From contig JAZTWU010000078.1 of the NCBI GenBank assembly GCA_045636085.1, positions 1-43,562 of the forward strand: a stretch of DNA of 43,562 bases. Direction: 5' to 3'. Below the pieces are notes generated by a model. That model worked only from the letters and a program-made list of their open reading frames with translations, was not told where the DNA came from and did not search any database. Both the position numbers and the translations under genes were made by a program. The DNA is from Eubacteriales bacterium. GTDB taxonomy: Bacteria; Bacillota; Clostridia; Oscillospirales; CAG-272. Positions within the stretch are counted from its first letter, which is position 1. Each line of letters starts with the position of its first letter. Of the stretch, positions 1-9,316 are shown piece after piece.

Positions 1-2
1 GA

Positions 3-149
3 CTTCTTCACATCTCCGAGATGAGCGACAAGTATGTAAAGCGCCCCTCGGATGTGTTCAAGACGGGTGACGTCATCGAGGTAAAGATCAAGGATGTAGA
101 CACTAAAAAGTGTAGAATTTCTCTTACCAGAAAAGGTATGAACGCATAA
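3..149 (+). CDS. 3' end of an S1-domain protein, probably Tex-like RNA-binding accessory protein (partial)
   Basis: The frame from nt 3 reads LLHISEMSDKYVKRPSDVFKTGDVIEVKIKDVDTKKCRISLTRKGMNA*, a typical C-terminal S1 domain. The gene starts upstream of the window. Confidence 0.75.
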   Translation, partial: LLHISEMSDKYVKRPSDVFKTGDVIEVKIKDVDTKKCRISLTRKGMNA

Positions 150-155
150 AAAATA

Positions 156-191
156 AAAGTTGGCGAAAACCGTTTGATTTTCGCCAACTTT
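156..191. terminator. Bidirectional intrinsic terminator
   Basis: Inverted repeat AAAGTTGGCGAAA / TTTCGCCAACTTT between convergent genes. Confidence 0.8.
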
Positions 192-228
192 GCTTTTATA
201 GCCTAAAATGAAAATAAAAGTTTGCTTT

Positions 229-804
229 TTAGTGGTGTATGCCGAGAACTCCCGATACCATCGTGGATATCTCGTACGAGAGCGCCTGTACCGATTTTAC
301 TCTACCTGTTGCATACCATTTGTATATAACGTTTGCAACACCGCCTGCGCACATAGAGGCTATTACCTCGGGCGATGCGGGGTAGGTGTGACCCTTCATT
401 ATATCCTTTACAAGTCTTTCGTAGGTGTCCTGATAGTTCTGCTCAATGAGCACTGTAAGTATGGTGGGGATAAGGTTTGACCTGAATATATTTTCAATAG
501 CCTTATCGTTCTCGGTGATATATCCTACGATCCTTTCAGCGTACGCGATGTAATACTCGGGCGTAGTTGCCTTTGACTTCCATATATTTGTATCAAATCT
601 GTCGCGTAGCATATGTGTGAATGCGGTGAAGAACGCAAGCTTATCGTTGTAATGCTTATAGAAGGTCGCCCTTCTTATGTCCGCGCGCTCACAGATCTCG
701 TTTACGGTTATATCCTCGAAAAGCTTTTCCGAAAGCAGATCGAGAAATGCGCCAAAAAGCGCTGCCTTGGTTTTTACTATTCTGCGGTCTTCTCTGACTT
801 TCAT
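229..804 (-). CDS. TetR/AcrR family transcriptional regulator
   Basis: N-terminal DRRIVKTK...FEDITVNEICERADIRRATFYKHY HTH. ATG at 804 is preceded by a GAGGTG RBS. Confidence 0.92.
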   Translation of the reverse strand: MKVREDRRIVKTKAALFGAFLDLLSEKLFEDITVNEICERADIRRATFYKHYNDKLAFFTAFTHMLRDRFDTNIWKSKATTPEYYIAYAERIVGYITENDKAIENIFRSNLIPTILTVLIEQNYQDTYERLVKDIMKGHTYPASPEVIASMCAGGVANVIYKWYATGRVKSVQALSYEISTMVSGVLGIHH

Positions 805-846
805 AGTACACCTCATTTTGTTTGATTTTAAAAACAACCGAGATTT

Positions 847-875
847 ATTTTACCCTTTTTTTCGCCTTTTGTCAA
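847..875 (-). promoter_or_regulatory. Sigma-A promoter of the TetR gene
   Basis: TTGACA-17 bp-TAAAAT on the minus strand. Confidence 0.7.
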
Positions 876-957
876 GGGGTTTGGGCGAAAAAATTAACAT
901 TTTATCCTATTTTGTCAATTTATTTTAAATTAGCGTTTATTTTTTAACAAATCTCTA

Positions 958-986
958 TTGACTAAACTTAAATAATATGCTATTAT
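958..986 (+). promoter_or_regulatory. Sigma-A promoter of pgk-tpiA
   Basis: TTGACT-17 bp-TATTAT with an extended TGn motif. Confidence 0.7.
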
Positions 987-1023
987 TATAGAGTGAAAAA
1001 TTTATTTAAAGGAGTATATTCCG

Positions 1024-2340
1024 ATGGCAGCTTACAATAAGAAAAACATCGAAGATATTGAGGTTGCGGGCAAGACTGTGCTTGTTCGTTGCGACTTCAA
1101 CGTACCTATGAAGGACGGCGTTATCACCTCTGATAAGAGAATCGTTGGCGCACTTCCTACCGTAAAGTATCTTCTCGACAACGGCGCGAAGGTTATCCTT
1201 TGCTCCCACATGGGCAAGCCCCACAGCATCTTTACCGAGGGATTCGGTCTTACCAAGAAGGAGAAAAAGGCAGTTGAGGCTCTTCCCGAGGGCGAGCGCG
1301 CTGCAGCAACCGAGGAGTACCTCAAGAAGGCTCTTACCTCTGATAAAAAGAAGCTTACTCTTAAGCCCGTAGCGGCAAGACTCAACGAGCTTCTCGGCGC
1401 AGAGAAGGTGGTATTTGCAGAGGATATTATCGGTCCTGATGCAAAGGCAAAGGTGGCAGCACTTAAGCCCGGCTACGCAGTTCTTCTCGAGAACACCAGA
1501 TTTGATGCAAGAGAGACCAAGAACGGCGCTGATTTCGCAAAGGAGCTTGCATCCTACGCTGATATCTTTGTAAACGATGCATTTGGCGCAGCTCACAGAG
1601 CACACGCATCTACTGCAGGCGTTGCAGATTACATTCCCGCGGTTTGCGGTTACCTCATTGAGAAGGAAATCTCGGTAATGGGCAAGGCTCTTGCTAATCC
1701 CGAGCGTCCCTTCGTTGCTATCCTCGGTGGCGCAAAGGTTGCTGATAAGCTTAACGTTATTGATAACCTTCTCACCAAGGTAGACACTCTTATCATCGGT
1801 GGCGGTATGGCATTTACCTTCGCTGCTGCAAAGGGCTACTGTGTAGGTAACTCTCTTCTTGACGACACCAAGCTTGACTACTGCCGTGAGATGATGGCAA
1901 AGGCAAAGGAAAAGGGCGTAAACCTCCTTCTCCCCGTGGATACCGCCGTTGCCGCATCCTTCCCCAACCCCATCGATGCTCCCATCGATGTTGAGTATGT
2001 AAGCGTGGATGCAATCCCCGCTGATAAGGAAGGCCTTGATATCGGCCCCAAGAGCGCAAAGCTCTTCGCTGATGCCGTTCTTTCCGCAAAGACCGTTGTT
2101 TGGAACGGTCCTATGGGCGTATTTGAGAACCCCACCCTTGCAAAGGGAACCATCGCCGTTGCACAGGCTCTGGCAGACAGCAGCGCAATCACCATCGTTG
2201 GCGGCGGTGACAGCGCGGCAGCTTGCGAGCAGCTTGGCTTTGCTCCCAAGATCACCCATATCTCCACGGGTGGCGGCGCATCCCTTGAGTTCCTTGAGGG
2301 CAAGGATCTTCCCGGCGTTTCCTGCCTGCAGGATAAGTAA
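1024..2340 (+). CDS. pgk: Phosphoglycerate kinase
   Basis: [50 protein letters not shown] and [15 protein letters not shown] motifs. AAGGAG RBS. Confidence 0.98.
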   Translation: MAAYNKKNIEDIEVAGKTVLVRCDFNVPMKDGVITSDKRIVGALPTVKYLLDNGAKVILCSHMGKPHSIFTEGFGLTKKEKKAVEALPEGERAAATEEYLKKALTSDKKKLTLKPVAARLNELLGAEKVVFAEDIIGPDAKAKVAALKPGYAVLLENTRFDARETKNGADFAKELASYADIFVNDAFGAAHRAHASTAGVADYIPAVCGYLIEKEISVMGKALANPERPFVAILGGAKVADKLNVIDNLLTKVDTLIIGGGMAFTFAAAKGYCVGNSLLDDTKLDYCREMMAKAKEKGVNLLLPVDTAVAASFPNPIDAPIDVEYVSVDAIPADKEGLDIGPKSAKLFADAVLSAKTVVWNGPMGVFENPTLAKGTIAVAQALADSSAITIVGGGDSAAACEQLGFAPKITHISTGGGASLEFLEGKDLPGVSCLQDK

Positions 2341-2365
2341 TTCTTGAATTACAGGTGAAGCGAAA

Positions 2366-3124
2366 ATGAGAAGAACCGTAATTGCAGGAAACTGGAAAAT
2401 GAATATGACTCCCTCTGCCACGAAGGCTTTCATCGCAGAGCTTGCTCCGATGGTAAAGGGAATGGATAAGTGCGATATCGTTCTTTGCGTGCCCTTCGTG
2501 GACATTGCGACCGCTGTTGAGGCCGCAAAGGGAACGAATATCCGCATCGGTGCCGAGAACGTGCACTTCGCAAAGAGCGGTGCATATACCGGCGAGATCA
2601 GCGCAGAAATGCTCTGCGAGATCGGCACGGAATATGTCGTGATCGGTCACTCCGAGAGAAGACAGTATTTTGGCGAGACGGATGAAACCGTCAACCTCCG
2701 CACCAAGGCCGCCCTTGAGGCGGGTCTCAAGGTGATCCTTTGCCTCGGTGAGGTAAAGGAGGAGCGCCTTGCAGGTATCACCGACGAGGTTGTTACGATG
2801 CAGACCAAGCTTGACCTTGCAGGCATCACGGCCGAGCAGCTCAAGAACGTGATCATCGCATACGAGCCCGTTTGGGCCATTGGTACGGGCCTCACGGCAA
2901 CTCCCGAGCAGGCAGACGAGACCTGCGGCGTGATCCGCGCGGCCATTGCCAAGCTTTATGGTGAGGCGGCCGCAGAGGAGATCACGATTCAGTACGGCGG
3001 CTCGATGAACGATGCCAATGCCGCAGAGCTTCTTGCAAAGAAGAATGTGGACGGCGGCCTGATTGGCGGTGCATCTCTCAAGACCGATAAGTTTACCGCA
3101 ATCGTTAAGGCGGCAAACGCTTAA
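2366..3124 (+). CDS. tpiA: Triose-phosphate isomerase (bacterial type)
   Basis: AGNWKMN, GHSERR, AYEPVWAIGTG, YGGS and GGASL motifs. Confidence 0.98.
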   Translation: MRRTVIAGNWKMNMTPSATKAFIAELAPMVKGMDKCDIVLCVPFVDIATAVEAAKGTNIRIGAENVHFAKSGAYTGEISAEMLCEIGTEYVVIGHSERRQYFGETDETVNLRTKAALEAGLKVILCLGEVKEERLAGITDEVVTMQTKLDLAGITAEQLKNVIIAYEPVWAIGTGLTATPEQADETCGVIRAAIAKLYGEAAAEEITIQYGGSMNDANAAELLAKKNVDGGLIGGASLKTDKFTAIVKAANA

Positions 3125-3137
3125 TTTATATCAAAGC

Positions 3138-3184
3138 AAAGGATCCCGCTCCGCGGCATAGGCCGTCGGGGCGGGATCTTTTTT
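3138..3184 (+). terminator. Intrinsic terminator after tpiA
   Basis: GGATCCCGCTCCG...CGGGGCGGGATC stem followed by a T-run. Confidence 0.8.
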
Positions 3185-3300
3185 ACAGCGGCCTTTTTCT
3201 ATGGAGGACTTTTCGCTTTATAAAAGATTTTCGGGAAATATCGGGAATGGACAAAAAGTTTTGAAACTTGGACGAAAATTATCAAAAAAAGCGCCGTCCC

Positions 3301-3329
3301 TTGACACGCGCACGCGCGCGTGATATACT
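3301..3329 (+). promoter_or_regulatory. Sigma-A promoter of duplicate copy 1
   Basis: TTGACA-17 bp-TATACT with TGn. Confidence 0.8.
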
Positions 3330-3362
3330 TAAGGAAAATAACGCGCCAAAGGAGCACTCGCT

Positions 3363-4526
3363 ATGAATCTTGTATTGCCGCTTGCAACGCATATCCGCAT
3401 CGACGACGTGGGTTGGTTTGACGGGCGTGACCGCCGCTATTCCGGTCGCCCCTCCAGCACGGGCATTCCGCGCAACCATCACCCCTTGGATGTGCGCGCT
3501 GTCAACGAGCTTGGAAAGGCCTTGAATAGCCATATCCATTGCAATATGGTCTTTGGGGAATGGGATAAATATAACCGCCTGCGCGGCGTTCCGCACGTCA
3601 CCTGGGATGAAGCCGGCTGGGATGCGGCCGCAAATCTTGATATGAAGCTCGCCGAGGAATATTTCGAGGCATTGGAGGAGAGTGAATATATCGATTTCGG
3701 TCTGCACGGCTTGATGCACGGCTACTATGTGGACGGAAAGCAGATCACCGAGCAGCATCATTATCCCTTCCGTAAAGAATATGAGAGGGGCGAGGTGGCA
3801 TCTCCCGCGCTTCCGATCGAGGAATTTGAGCTTCTTGTCGATCTTTTCTTCAAGATCTATGATGATTGGGGCTTTAAAAAGCCCGTGATCACCTTTGGAT
3901 CGCCCAACGGATCCTATGGATTGCCGACGGATGATTTCAATATCCAAATGGCGCGCGTGATCCATAAGCGCGGCATCCGCTCTTGGAAATGGGCTTGGCC
4001 GAAGGTGGATCGCATCGATACCTGCGGCGGCATTGCTTGTATGCCCTCGGGCGAGATCGTTCCTTGGAATGCATTCGATGTCGATCCCGATCTTTTGAAG
4101 TTCACCTTCGCAGATCCCGCGGTGCGTCGCGTGCCCGATATTTGTATGCATTGGCCGAATTTCCTCAGATATAATCCCGAGAATAACCTTGAGAGAATCG
4201 AGAAGTGGAAGAATTATTATCTGCGCATCACCTCTCCCTTCGGCATGATGCTGGCACACGATGTGAATGAATCCGCATCGCAGACCTTCTATTCGAAGTA
4301 TGCCTCGGTGGATACCGTGGACGGCGGCTACCGTATCGCGTTTGACGAGGTGGATAACCGTGATACGGACTTGATCGATAAAACCTTCTATGCAAGCCTT
4401 AAGGGCGGCGAGCAGGTGAAAAAGTGCATCGGCGGCACCTTCTCGGTGTACGATGTGCGTGAGGATCACACGGTTTATAAGATCGAGCGCGAGGCAGGTG
4501 CAAAGGCTGTCGAGCTGAAGATCTGA
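3363..4526 (+). CDS. Hypothetical protein, putative NodB/polysaccharide-deacetylase-like metallohydrolase (copy 1)
   Basis: AAGGAG RBS. N-terminal IRIDDVGW and GLHGLMH resemble CE4/DUF2334 metal-binding motifs. No signal peptide. Confidence 0.55.
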   Translation: MNLVLPLATHIRIDDVGWFDGRDRRYSGRPSSTGIPRNHHPLDVRAVNELGKALNSHIHCNMVFGEWDKYNRLRGVPHVTWDEAGWDAAANLDMKLAEEYFEALEESEYIDFGLHGLMHGYYVDGKQITEQHHYPFRKEYERGEVASPALPIEEFELLVDLFFKIYDDWGFKKPVITFGSPNGSYGLPTDDFNIQMARVIHKRGIRSWKWAWPKVDRIDTCGGIACMPSGEIVPWNAFDVDPDLLKFTFADPAVRRVPDICMHWPNFLRYNPENNLERIEKWKNYYLRITSPFGMMLAHDVNESASQTFYSKYASVDTVDGGYRIAFDEVDNRDTDLIDKTFYASLKGGEQVKKCIGGTFSVYDVREDHTVYKIEREAGAKAVELKI

Positions 4527-4539
4527 TACTGAAATTTAT

Positions 4540-4574
4540 AGCGGCTTCGCAAAAAAAGCGAGGCCGCTTTTTTT
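4540..4574 (+). terminator. Intrinsic terminator after copy 1
   Basis: AGCGGCTTCGC-A7-GCGAGGCCGCT followed by a T-run. Confidence 0.8.
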
Positions 4575-4639
4575 GCGCCAAGGGCTTATGGCATCCGAGC
4601 GTATAAACGGATGAAAATTCCTAACTTATTTGACATCTA

Positions 4640-4668
4640 TTGACTTTCCTTCACGCGCGTGATATACT
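4640..4668 (+). promoter_or_regulatory. Sigma-A promoter of duplicate copy 2
   Basis: TTGACT-17 bp-TATACT with TGn. Shares CGCGCGTGATATACTTAA with the copy 1 promoter. Confidence 0.75.
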
Positions 4669-4700
4669 TAAAAAAATAATATATTGAAGGAGCACTTGCT

Positions 4701-5864
4701 ATGAATCTTGTATTGCCGCTTGCAACACACATCCGCATCGACGACGTGGGTTGGTTTGACGGTCGCGACCGTCGCTTTTGGGGCCGTCCCTCCAGCACGG
4801 GTATTCCGCGTAACCATCATCCCTTGGACGTGCGTGCCGTCAACGAGCTTGGAAAGGCCTTGAATAGCCATATCCATTGCAATATGGTCTTTGGGGAATG
4901 GGATAAATATAACCGCCTGCGCGGCGTTCCGCATATGACGTGGGACGAGGCGGGCTGGGATGCGGCCGCAAATCTTGATATGAAGCTTGCCGAGGAATGC
5001 TTTGAGGCTCTGGAGGCGAGCGAATATATCGATTTTGGTCTGCACGGCTTGATGCACGGATACTATGTGGACGGCAAGCAGATCACCGAACAGCAGCACT
5101 ATCCCTTCCGCAAGGCATACGATCGTGGCGAGGTGGCATCTCCCGCGCTTCCGATTGAGGAATTTGAGCTTCTTGTGGATCTTTTCTTCAAGATCTATGA
5201 TGATTGGGGCTTCAAAAAGCCCGTCATCTCCTTTGGATCGCCCAACGGATCCTTCGGTAAACCCACGGACGACTTTAATATTGCCATGGCGCGCGTGATC
5301 CATAAGCGCGGCATCCGCTCCTGGAAATGGGCGTGGCCGACGGTGGATCGCATCGATACCTGCGGCGGTATCGCTTGTATGCCCTCGAAATCGATCGTTC
5401 CTTGGAATGCCTTTGACGTCGATCCCGATCTTCTGAAATTCACCTTCGCAGATCCCGAGGAGCGCCGTGTGCCCGATATTTGTATGCATTGGCCGAATTT
5501 CCTCAGATATAATCCCGAGAATAACCTCGAGAGAATCGAGAAGTGGAAGGATTATTATCTGCGCATCACCTCTCCCTTCGGCATGATGCTGGCGCACGAT
5601 GTGAATGAATCCGCATCGCAGACCTTCTATTCGAAGTATGCCTCGGTGGATACCGTGAACGGCGGCTACCGTATCGCGTTTGACGAGGTGGATAACCGTG
5701 ATACGGACTTGATCGATAAAACTTTCTATGCAAGCCTTAAGGGCGGCGAGCAGGTGAAAAAGTGCATCGGCGGCACCTTCTCGGTGTACAATGTGCGTGA
5801 GGATCACACGGTTTATAAGATCGAGCGCGCGGCAGGTGCAAAGGCTGTCGAGCTAAAGATCTGA
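4701..5864 (+). CDS. Hypothetical protein, putative NodB/deacetylase-like (copy 2)
   Basis: Same length as copy 1, with about 21 aa differences out of 387 by manual count. Confidence 0.55.
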   Translation: MNLVLPLATHIRIDDVGWFDGRDRRFWGRPSSTGIPRNHHPLDVRAVNELGKALNSHIHCNMVFGEWDKYNRLRGVPHMTWDEAGWDAAANLDMKLAEECFEALEASEYIDFGLHGLMHGYYVDGKQITEQQHYPFRKAYDRGEVASPALPIEEFELLVDLFFKIYDDWGFKKPVISFGSPNGSFGKPTDDFNIAMARVIHKRGIRSWKWAWPTVDRIDTCGGIACMPSKSIVPWNAFDVDPDLLKFTFADPEERRVPDICMHWPNFLRYNPENNLERIEKWKDYYLRITSPFGMMLAHDVNESASQTFYSKYASVDTVNGGYRIAFDEVDNRDTDLIDKTFYASLKGGEQVKKCIGGTFSVYNVREDHTVYKIERAAGAKAVELKI

Positions 5865-6040
5865 TGCTTTGATTTTACGGCGGCTTCGCGAAAAAAGGCG
5901 GGGCCGTCCGTTATTTATCGCTTAATAACTTTCTAATAAATTAGAATTTAAAGTGAAGCATCGGAAGATTCAACAAACGAAACGGGAATATTTTGTTAAA
6001 AACCGACAAATAATAATCTTAAAAATCGTGATGTTGTCGG

Positions 6041-6069
6041 TTGAAAAAAACGCGGGACTTTGGTATAAT
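6041..6069 (+). promoter_or_regulatory. Sigma-A promoter of msmX
   Basis: TTGAAA-17 bp-TATAAT with TGn. Confidence 0.75.
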
Positions 6070-6108
6070 AAACAATGTAAAATTAAAAAAACAAGGAGAT
6101 TTTCAAAA

Positions 6109-7242
6109 ATGGCAGGTCTTTCTCTCAGACACATTTACAAGAAGTATCCCGGCGGCGTTACCGCTGTTTCGGACTTCAATCTTGAAATCAAGGATAAGGA
6201 GTTCCTTATCTTCGTAGGTCCCTCCGGATGCGGTAAGTCCACCACTCTGCGTATGATCGCAGGTCTTGAGGAGATTTCCGAGGGTGAGCTCTATATCGGC
6301 GATAAGTATGTAAACGATATCGCTCCCAAGGACAGAGACATCGCGATGGTGTTCCAGAACTACGCTCTGTATCCTCATATGACCGTGTTTGATAACATGG
6401 CATTCGGTCTTAAGCTTCGTAAGGTTGCTAAGGAGGAAATCAAGCGCCGCGTGGAAGAGGCTGCAAGAATCCTCGATATCTCGCACCTTCTTGAGCGTCG
6501 TCCCAAGGCTCTTTCCGGTGGTCAGAAGCAGCGTGTTGCTCTGGGCCGTGCAATCGTTCGTAACCCCAAGGTATTCCTTCTTGACGAGCCGCTTTCCAAC
6601 CTGGACGCAAAGCTTCGTGCAAGCATGAGAACCGAGCTTACCAAGCTGCATAAGAAGGTTGAAACCACCTTTATCTACGTAACGCACGACCAGGTCGAGG
6701 CTATGACGATGGCGACGCGTATCGTAGTTATGAGAGACGGTATTATCCAGCAGGTTGATACGCCTCAGAACCTTTACGACACGCCCTGCAACCTCTTCGT
6801 AGCAGGCTTCATCGGAACGCCCCAGATGAACTTCATCAACGGTAAGCTTTCCAAGAAGGGCGACGATCTGTTTGCGACCTTCGGCGTAACCGACATTAAG
6901 CTTCCCGCCGATAAGGCAAACAACCCCGCTCTGAAGGAGTATATCGGTCAGGACGTTATCTTCGGTATCCGTCCCGAGGCTATTCACGACGAGCCTATGT
7001 ATCTGCAGACGCTCTCCGAGACCACGATGGAGGTTGACGTTGACGTAACCGAGCTTATGGGTGCTGAGATTTATCTCTACCTTGGCTTCGAGGGAATGGA
7101 GGATGCAACCTCCGGCAAGAATATCGTTGCAAGAGTTTCCTCCCGTTCTCAGGCTCGCGCAGGCGATAAGATCAAGGTTGCTATCGATGCTTCCCGTATC
7201 CATATCTTCGATAAGGATACCGAAAAGTGCATCTGCCACTAA
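6109..7242 (+). CDS. msmX: Multiple-sugar ABC transporter ATP-binding subunit (MsmX/MalK/UgpC family), stand-alone
   Basis: GPSGCGKST, VFQNYALYPHM, LSGGQKQRVALGRA, DEPLSNLDAKLR and YVTHDQVEAM. Likely start is ATG 6109 after AAGGAG. Confidence 0.93.
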   Translation: MAGLSLRHIYKKYPGGVTAVSDFNLEIKDKEFLIFVGPSGCGKSTTLRMIAGLEEISEGELYIGDKYVNDIAPKDRDIAMVFQNYALYPHMTVFDNMAFGLKLRKVAKEEIKRRVEEAARILDISHLLERRPKALSGGQKQRVALGRAIVRNPKVFLLDEPLSNLDAKLRASMRTELTKLHKKVETTFIYVTHDQVEAMTMATRIVVMRDGIIQQVDTPQNLYDTPCNLFVAGFIGTPQMNFINGKLSKKGDDLFATFGVTDIKLPADKANNPALKEYIGQDVIFGIRPEAIHDEPMYLQTLSETTMEVDVDVTELMGAEIYLYLGFEGMEDATSGKNIVARVSSRSQARAGDKIKVAIDASRIHIFDKDTEKCICH

Positions 7243-7265
7243 TTCTATAAAAGCTCCACGGAGCG

Positions 7266-7305
7266 AAGGGATCCGCTTTTTCTTGCAAGAAGCGGGTCCT
7301 TTTTT
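7266..7305 (+). terminator. Intrinsic terminator after msmX
   Basis: GGATCCGCTT...AAGCGGGTCC followed by a T-run. Confidence 0.7.
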
Positions 7306-7593
7306 ATGTTTTTGTTTCAAAAAAACAATGAGAGCAGAGAAAAAAACACGCGTTTAAGGGCTAAAAAAGAGGGGGAAAATCCCTTTGCATTCGGCGAAAA
7401 AAGCGCGCTTTTGTTGTCGAAAAAGGAGGGGAAAACGGGGCGATGAAAGTTCGAGACAACTGAAGTTTACATTTTTCCACCTCGATTTTCCTGCGTTTTT
7501 TGAGCAAATGTAATCTTTTATTTTCAAAAATGCAGAAATTTTAGAAAACGCAAGAAAAAGATAAAAAAAGCGGCGATTTTTTTAAAAAATCTA

Positions 7594-7622
7594 TTGACGA
7601 AATCCGCGCTTTCTGTTATAAT
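7594..7622 (+). promoter_or_regulatory. Strong sigma-A promoter
   Basis: TTGACG-17 bp-TATAAT with TGn. Confidence 0.8.
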
Positions 7623-7669
7623 ACAGGTAGATAAAATTTATTTACCGGAAACGGAGAAAGAGGCACATT

Positions 7670-9316
7670 ATGGTTGATGAAATGAATGTATTGGGTGACG
7701 AGGCTTTGGTTGATCCCGCCGCCGATATGTCCAAGAAGGAGCGCAAGGGCGCTTACAAGGATCAGTCGAAGAAGATCGCAGGTCTGCGCCGCGGTGTTGA
7801 AAAGGAGCTGAAGCTCTATAAGAAGTCCGCCGCAAAGCTTGATAAGTCTCACGATTCCTATCAGAGAGCACAGGCTGCACTTGCATTGAAGCCTCATAAG
7901 GCGAAGAGACAGACCGCCGCTGCAAAGGCAGAGGATCTTTACAACGAGGATACGCTTGTATTCAAGAGCATCCACGAGCAGATTCTTGCCGATATGTCTG
8001 CCATCGAGCTTTCCTACGATGCACTTGCAAGCTATGCTTGGAAGATGTCTCTCAAGTTCAAGGCAAACGAAGAATTCAAGAAGTATCAGGATTACGTGGC
8101 AGAGCGTATGGTGAAGGCAGAGAAGCCCATCGTTGAGATTCTCCCCATCCTGTTCCCCGTTGAGGAAGAGCCCGCCGAGGAGGTTGAAGAGCCTGTTGAG
8201 GAGGAGCCCGTTCCCGCAGAGCCCACTGCAGAGGAGAAGCTTGCCGCAGAGCTTGCAACGATGAAGGAGCAGTATGAAGAGCTTCTTCGCCGTATGGCCG
8301 CTCCCGCCGCTCCCGCATACGGTGCGCCCACCGTTCAGTACGTAATGGCTCCCCCCGTACCTTATGGATACGGCTATCCCCAGCAGCCCGCCGCTCCTCA
8401 GGCTCAGCCCGAGGTAAAGGTGGCTCCCATTCAGGTGGATGTTTCCAAGGCTGTTGCTAAGGCAGTTGACGCTATTATGGAGAAGCTTGGCGCCGCTCTC
8501 GATGAGAAGCTTGCCGCTTATGCCGCTTCTATGCCCGCTGTTGCCGCAACCGCTAACCTTGGCCCCGCTGCAGAGGCAGTTGCACAGGTTGCAGAGGATG
8601 AGGCGTTCCTTCTTGAGAAGGTAACCGCAGTTGTTGAGAAGGTTCAGGGTATGACCGATGCACTTCTCGCTATGAACGAGACGCTTGCCGTTGCCGCAAA
8701 GAAGCAGGGCGAGATCTCCGAGCAGCAGAAGAAGACCAACGATATTCAGCGCTACACGCAGCGTGAGCAGCAGGGTATTCAGGCAACGCAGAAGGTTATT
8801 GGTAAGGATCAGATCGATCTTGCCGAGGCTCAGGTTCTCGTAACCGAGCAGCAGAAGGCCGCAACCGAGCGTCAGAAGGCCGTTGGCGAGGCTCAGCAGG
8901 CTCTCACCGAGCAGCAGCAGGCTGTTGTTGATACGCAGGGCGCTATCGAAGAGGCTATGAAGAACGTAATGCAGGCTCAGAAGGATATCGTAAACGGCCA
9001 GCAGGCTATCATCCGCGGCAACGATGCAAACATCGAGGCATCCAAGGAGCTTGTAGCTCTGCAGGGCGAGGTTAGCGCTCAGCAGAAGGAAGCTGTTTCC
9101 GTTCAGAAGGCAGTTGCCCGTGAGCAGAAGAATATCACCGACCGTCAGAAGGCTACCGCTGATTCTCAGCGCGATGTATTCGAGGAGCTGAAGGCAATCG
9201 CAAAGGAGAGCAAGAACCTTTCCGATGCAGTTGAGAAGCTTGGCAAGAAGTCCGCAAAGAAGGCAGCTCCTGTCGCTGAAGAGGCTCCCGCAGAGGAGAC
9301 TGCTGACGTTCAGTAA
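7670..9316 (+). CDS. Hypothetical cytoplasmic coiled-coil protein with Gln-heptad repeats
   Basis: 548-aa ORF with an RBS and codon bias like pgk/msmX. It has a Pro/Glu-rich linker, a long heptad region, and no signal peptide or TM segment. Confidence 0.85.
   Translation: MVDEMNVLGDEALVDPAADMSKKERKGAYKDQSKKIAGLRRGVEKELKLYKKSAAKLDKSHDSYQRAQAALALKPHKAKRQTAAAKAEDLYNEDTLVFKSIHEQILADMSAIELSYDALASYAWKMSLKFKANEEFKKYQDYVAERMVKAEKPIVEILPILFPVEEEPAEEVEEPVEEEPVPAEPTAEEKLAAELATMKEQYEELLRRMAAPAAPAYGAPTVQYVMAPPVPYGYGYPQQPAAPQAQPEVKVAPIQVDVSKAVAKAVDAIMEKLGAALDEKLAAYAASMPAVAATANLGPAAEAVAQVAEDEAFLLEKVTAVVEKVQGMTDALLAMNETLAVAAKKQGEISEQQKKTNDIQRYTQREQQGIQATQKVIGKDQIDLAEAQVLVTEQQKAATERQKAVGEAQQALTEQQQAVVDTQGAIEEAMKNVMQAQKDIVNGQQAIIRGNDANIEASKELVALQGEVSAQQKEAVSVQKAVAREQKNITDRQKATADSQRDVFEELKAIAKESKNLSDAVEKLGKKSAKKAAPVAEEAPAEETADVQ

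Larger units (their letters stand above)
3313..5908 (+). repeat. Tandem duplication of a promoter-gene-terminator unit, period 1338 bp
   Basis: Starts 3363 and 4701 are 1338 bp apart. Homology extends into both the promoter and the terminator regions. Confidence 0.95.

Noticed and set aside
1006-2628. Long antisense ORFs opposite real genes (also 3282-4469, 6103-7320, 13603-14877, 21471-23375, 25983-27581, 29748-31070, 35534-37135, 40528-42852)
   Set aside because: They are shadow frames caused by codon bias. They mirror recognisable genes and show no motifs or RBS.
3363-5864. Near-identical pair as a diversity-generating retroelement TR/VR
   Set aside because: Differences are not adenine-specific, span the whole gene, and no reverse transcriptase is present.
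5953-6108. N-terminal extensions in the ORF track (also 15618, 24881, 31130, 32590)
   Set aside because: They run through promoters or neighbouring genes. Downstream ATGs have clear RBSs and match family N-termini.
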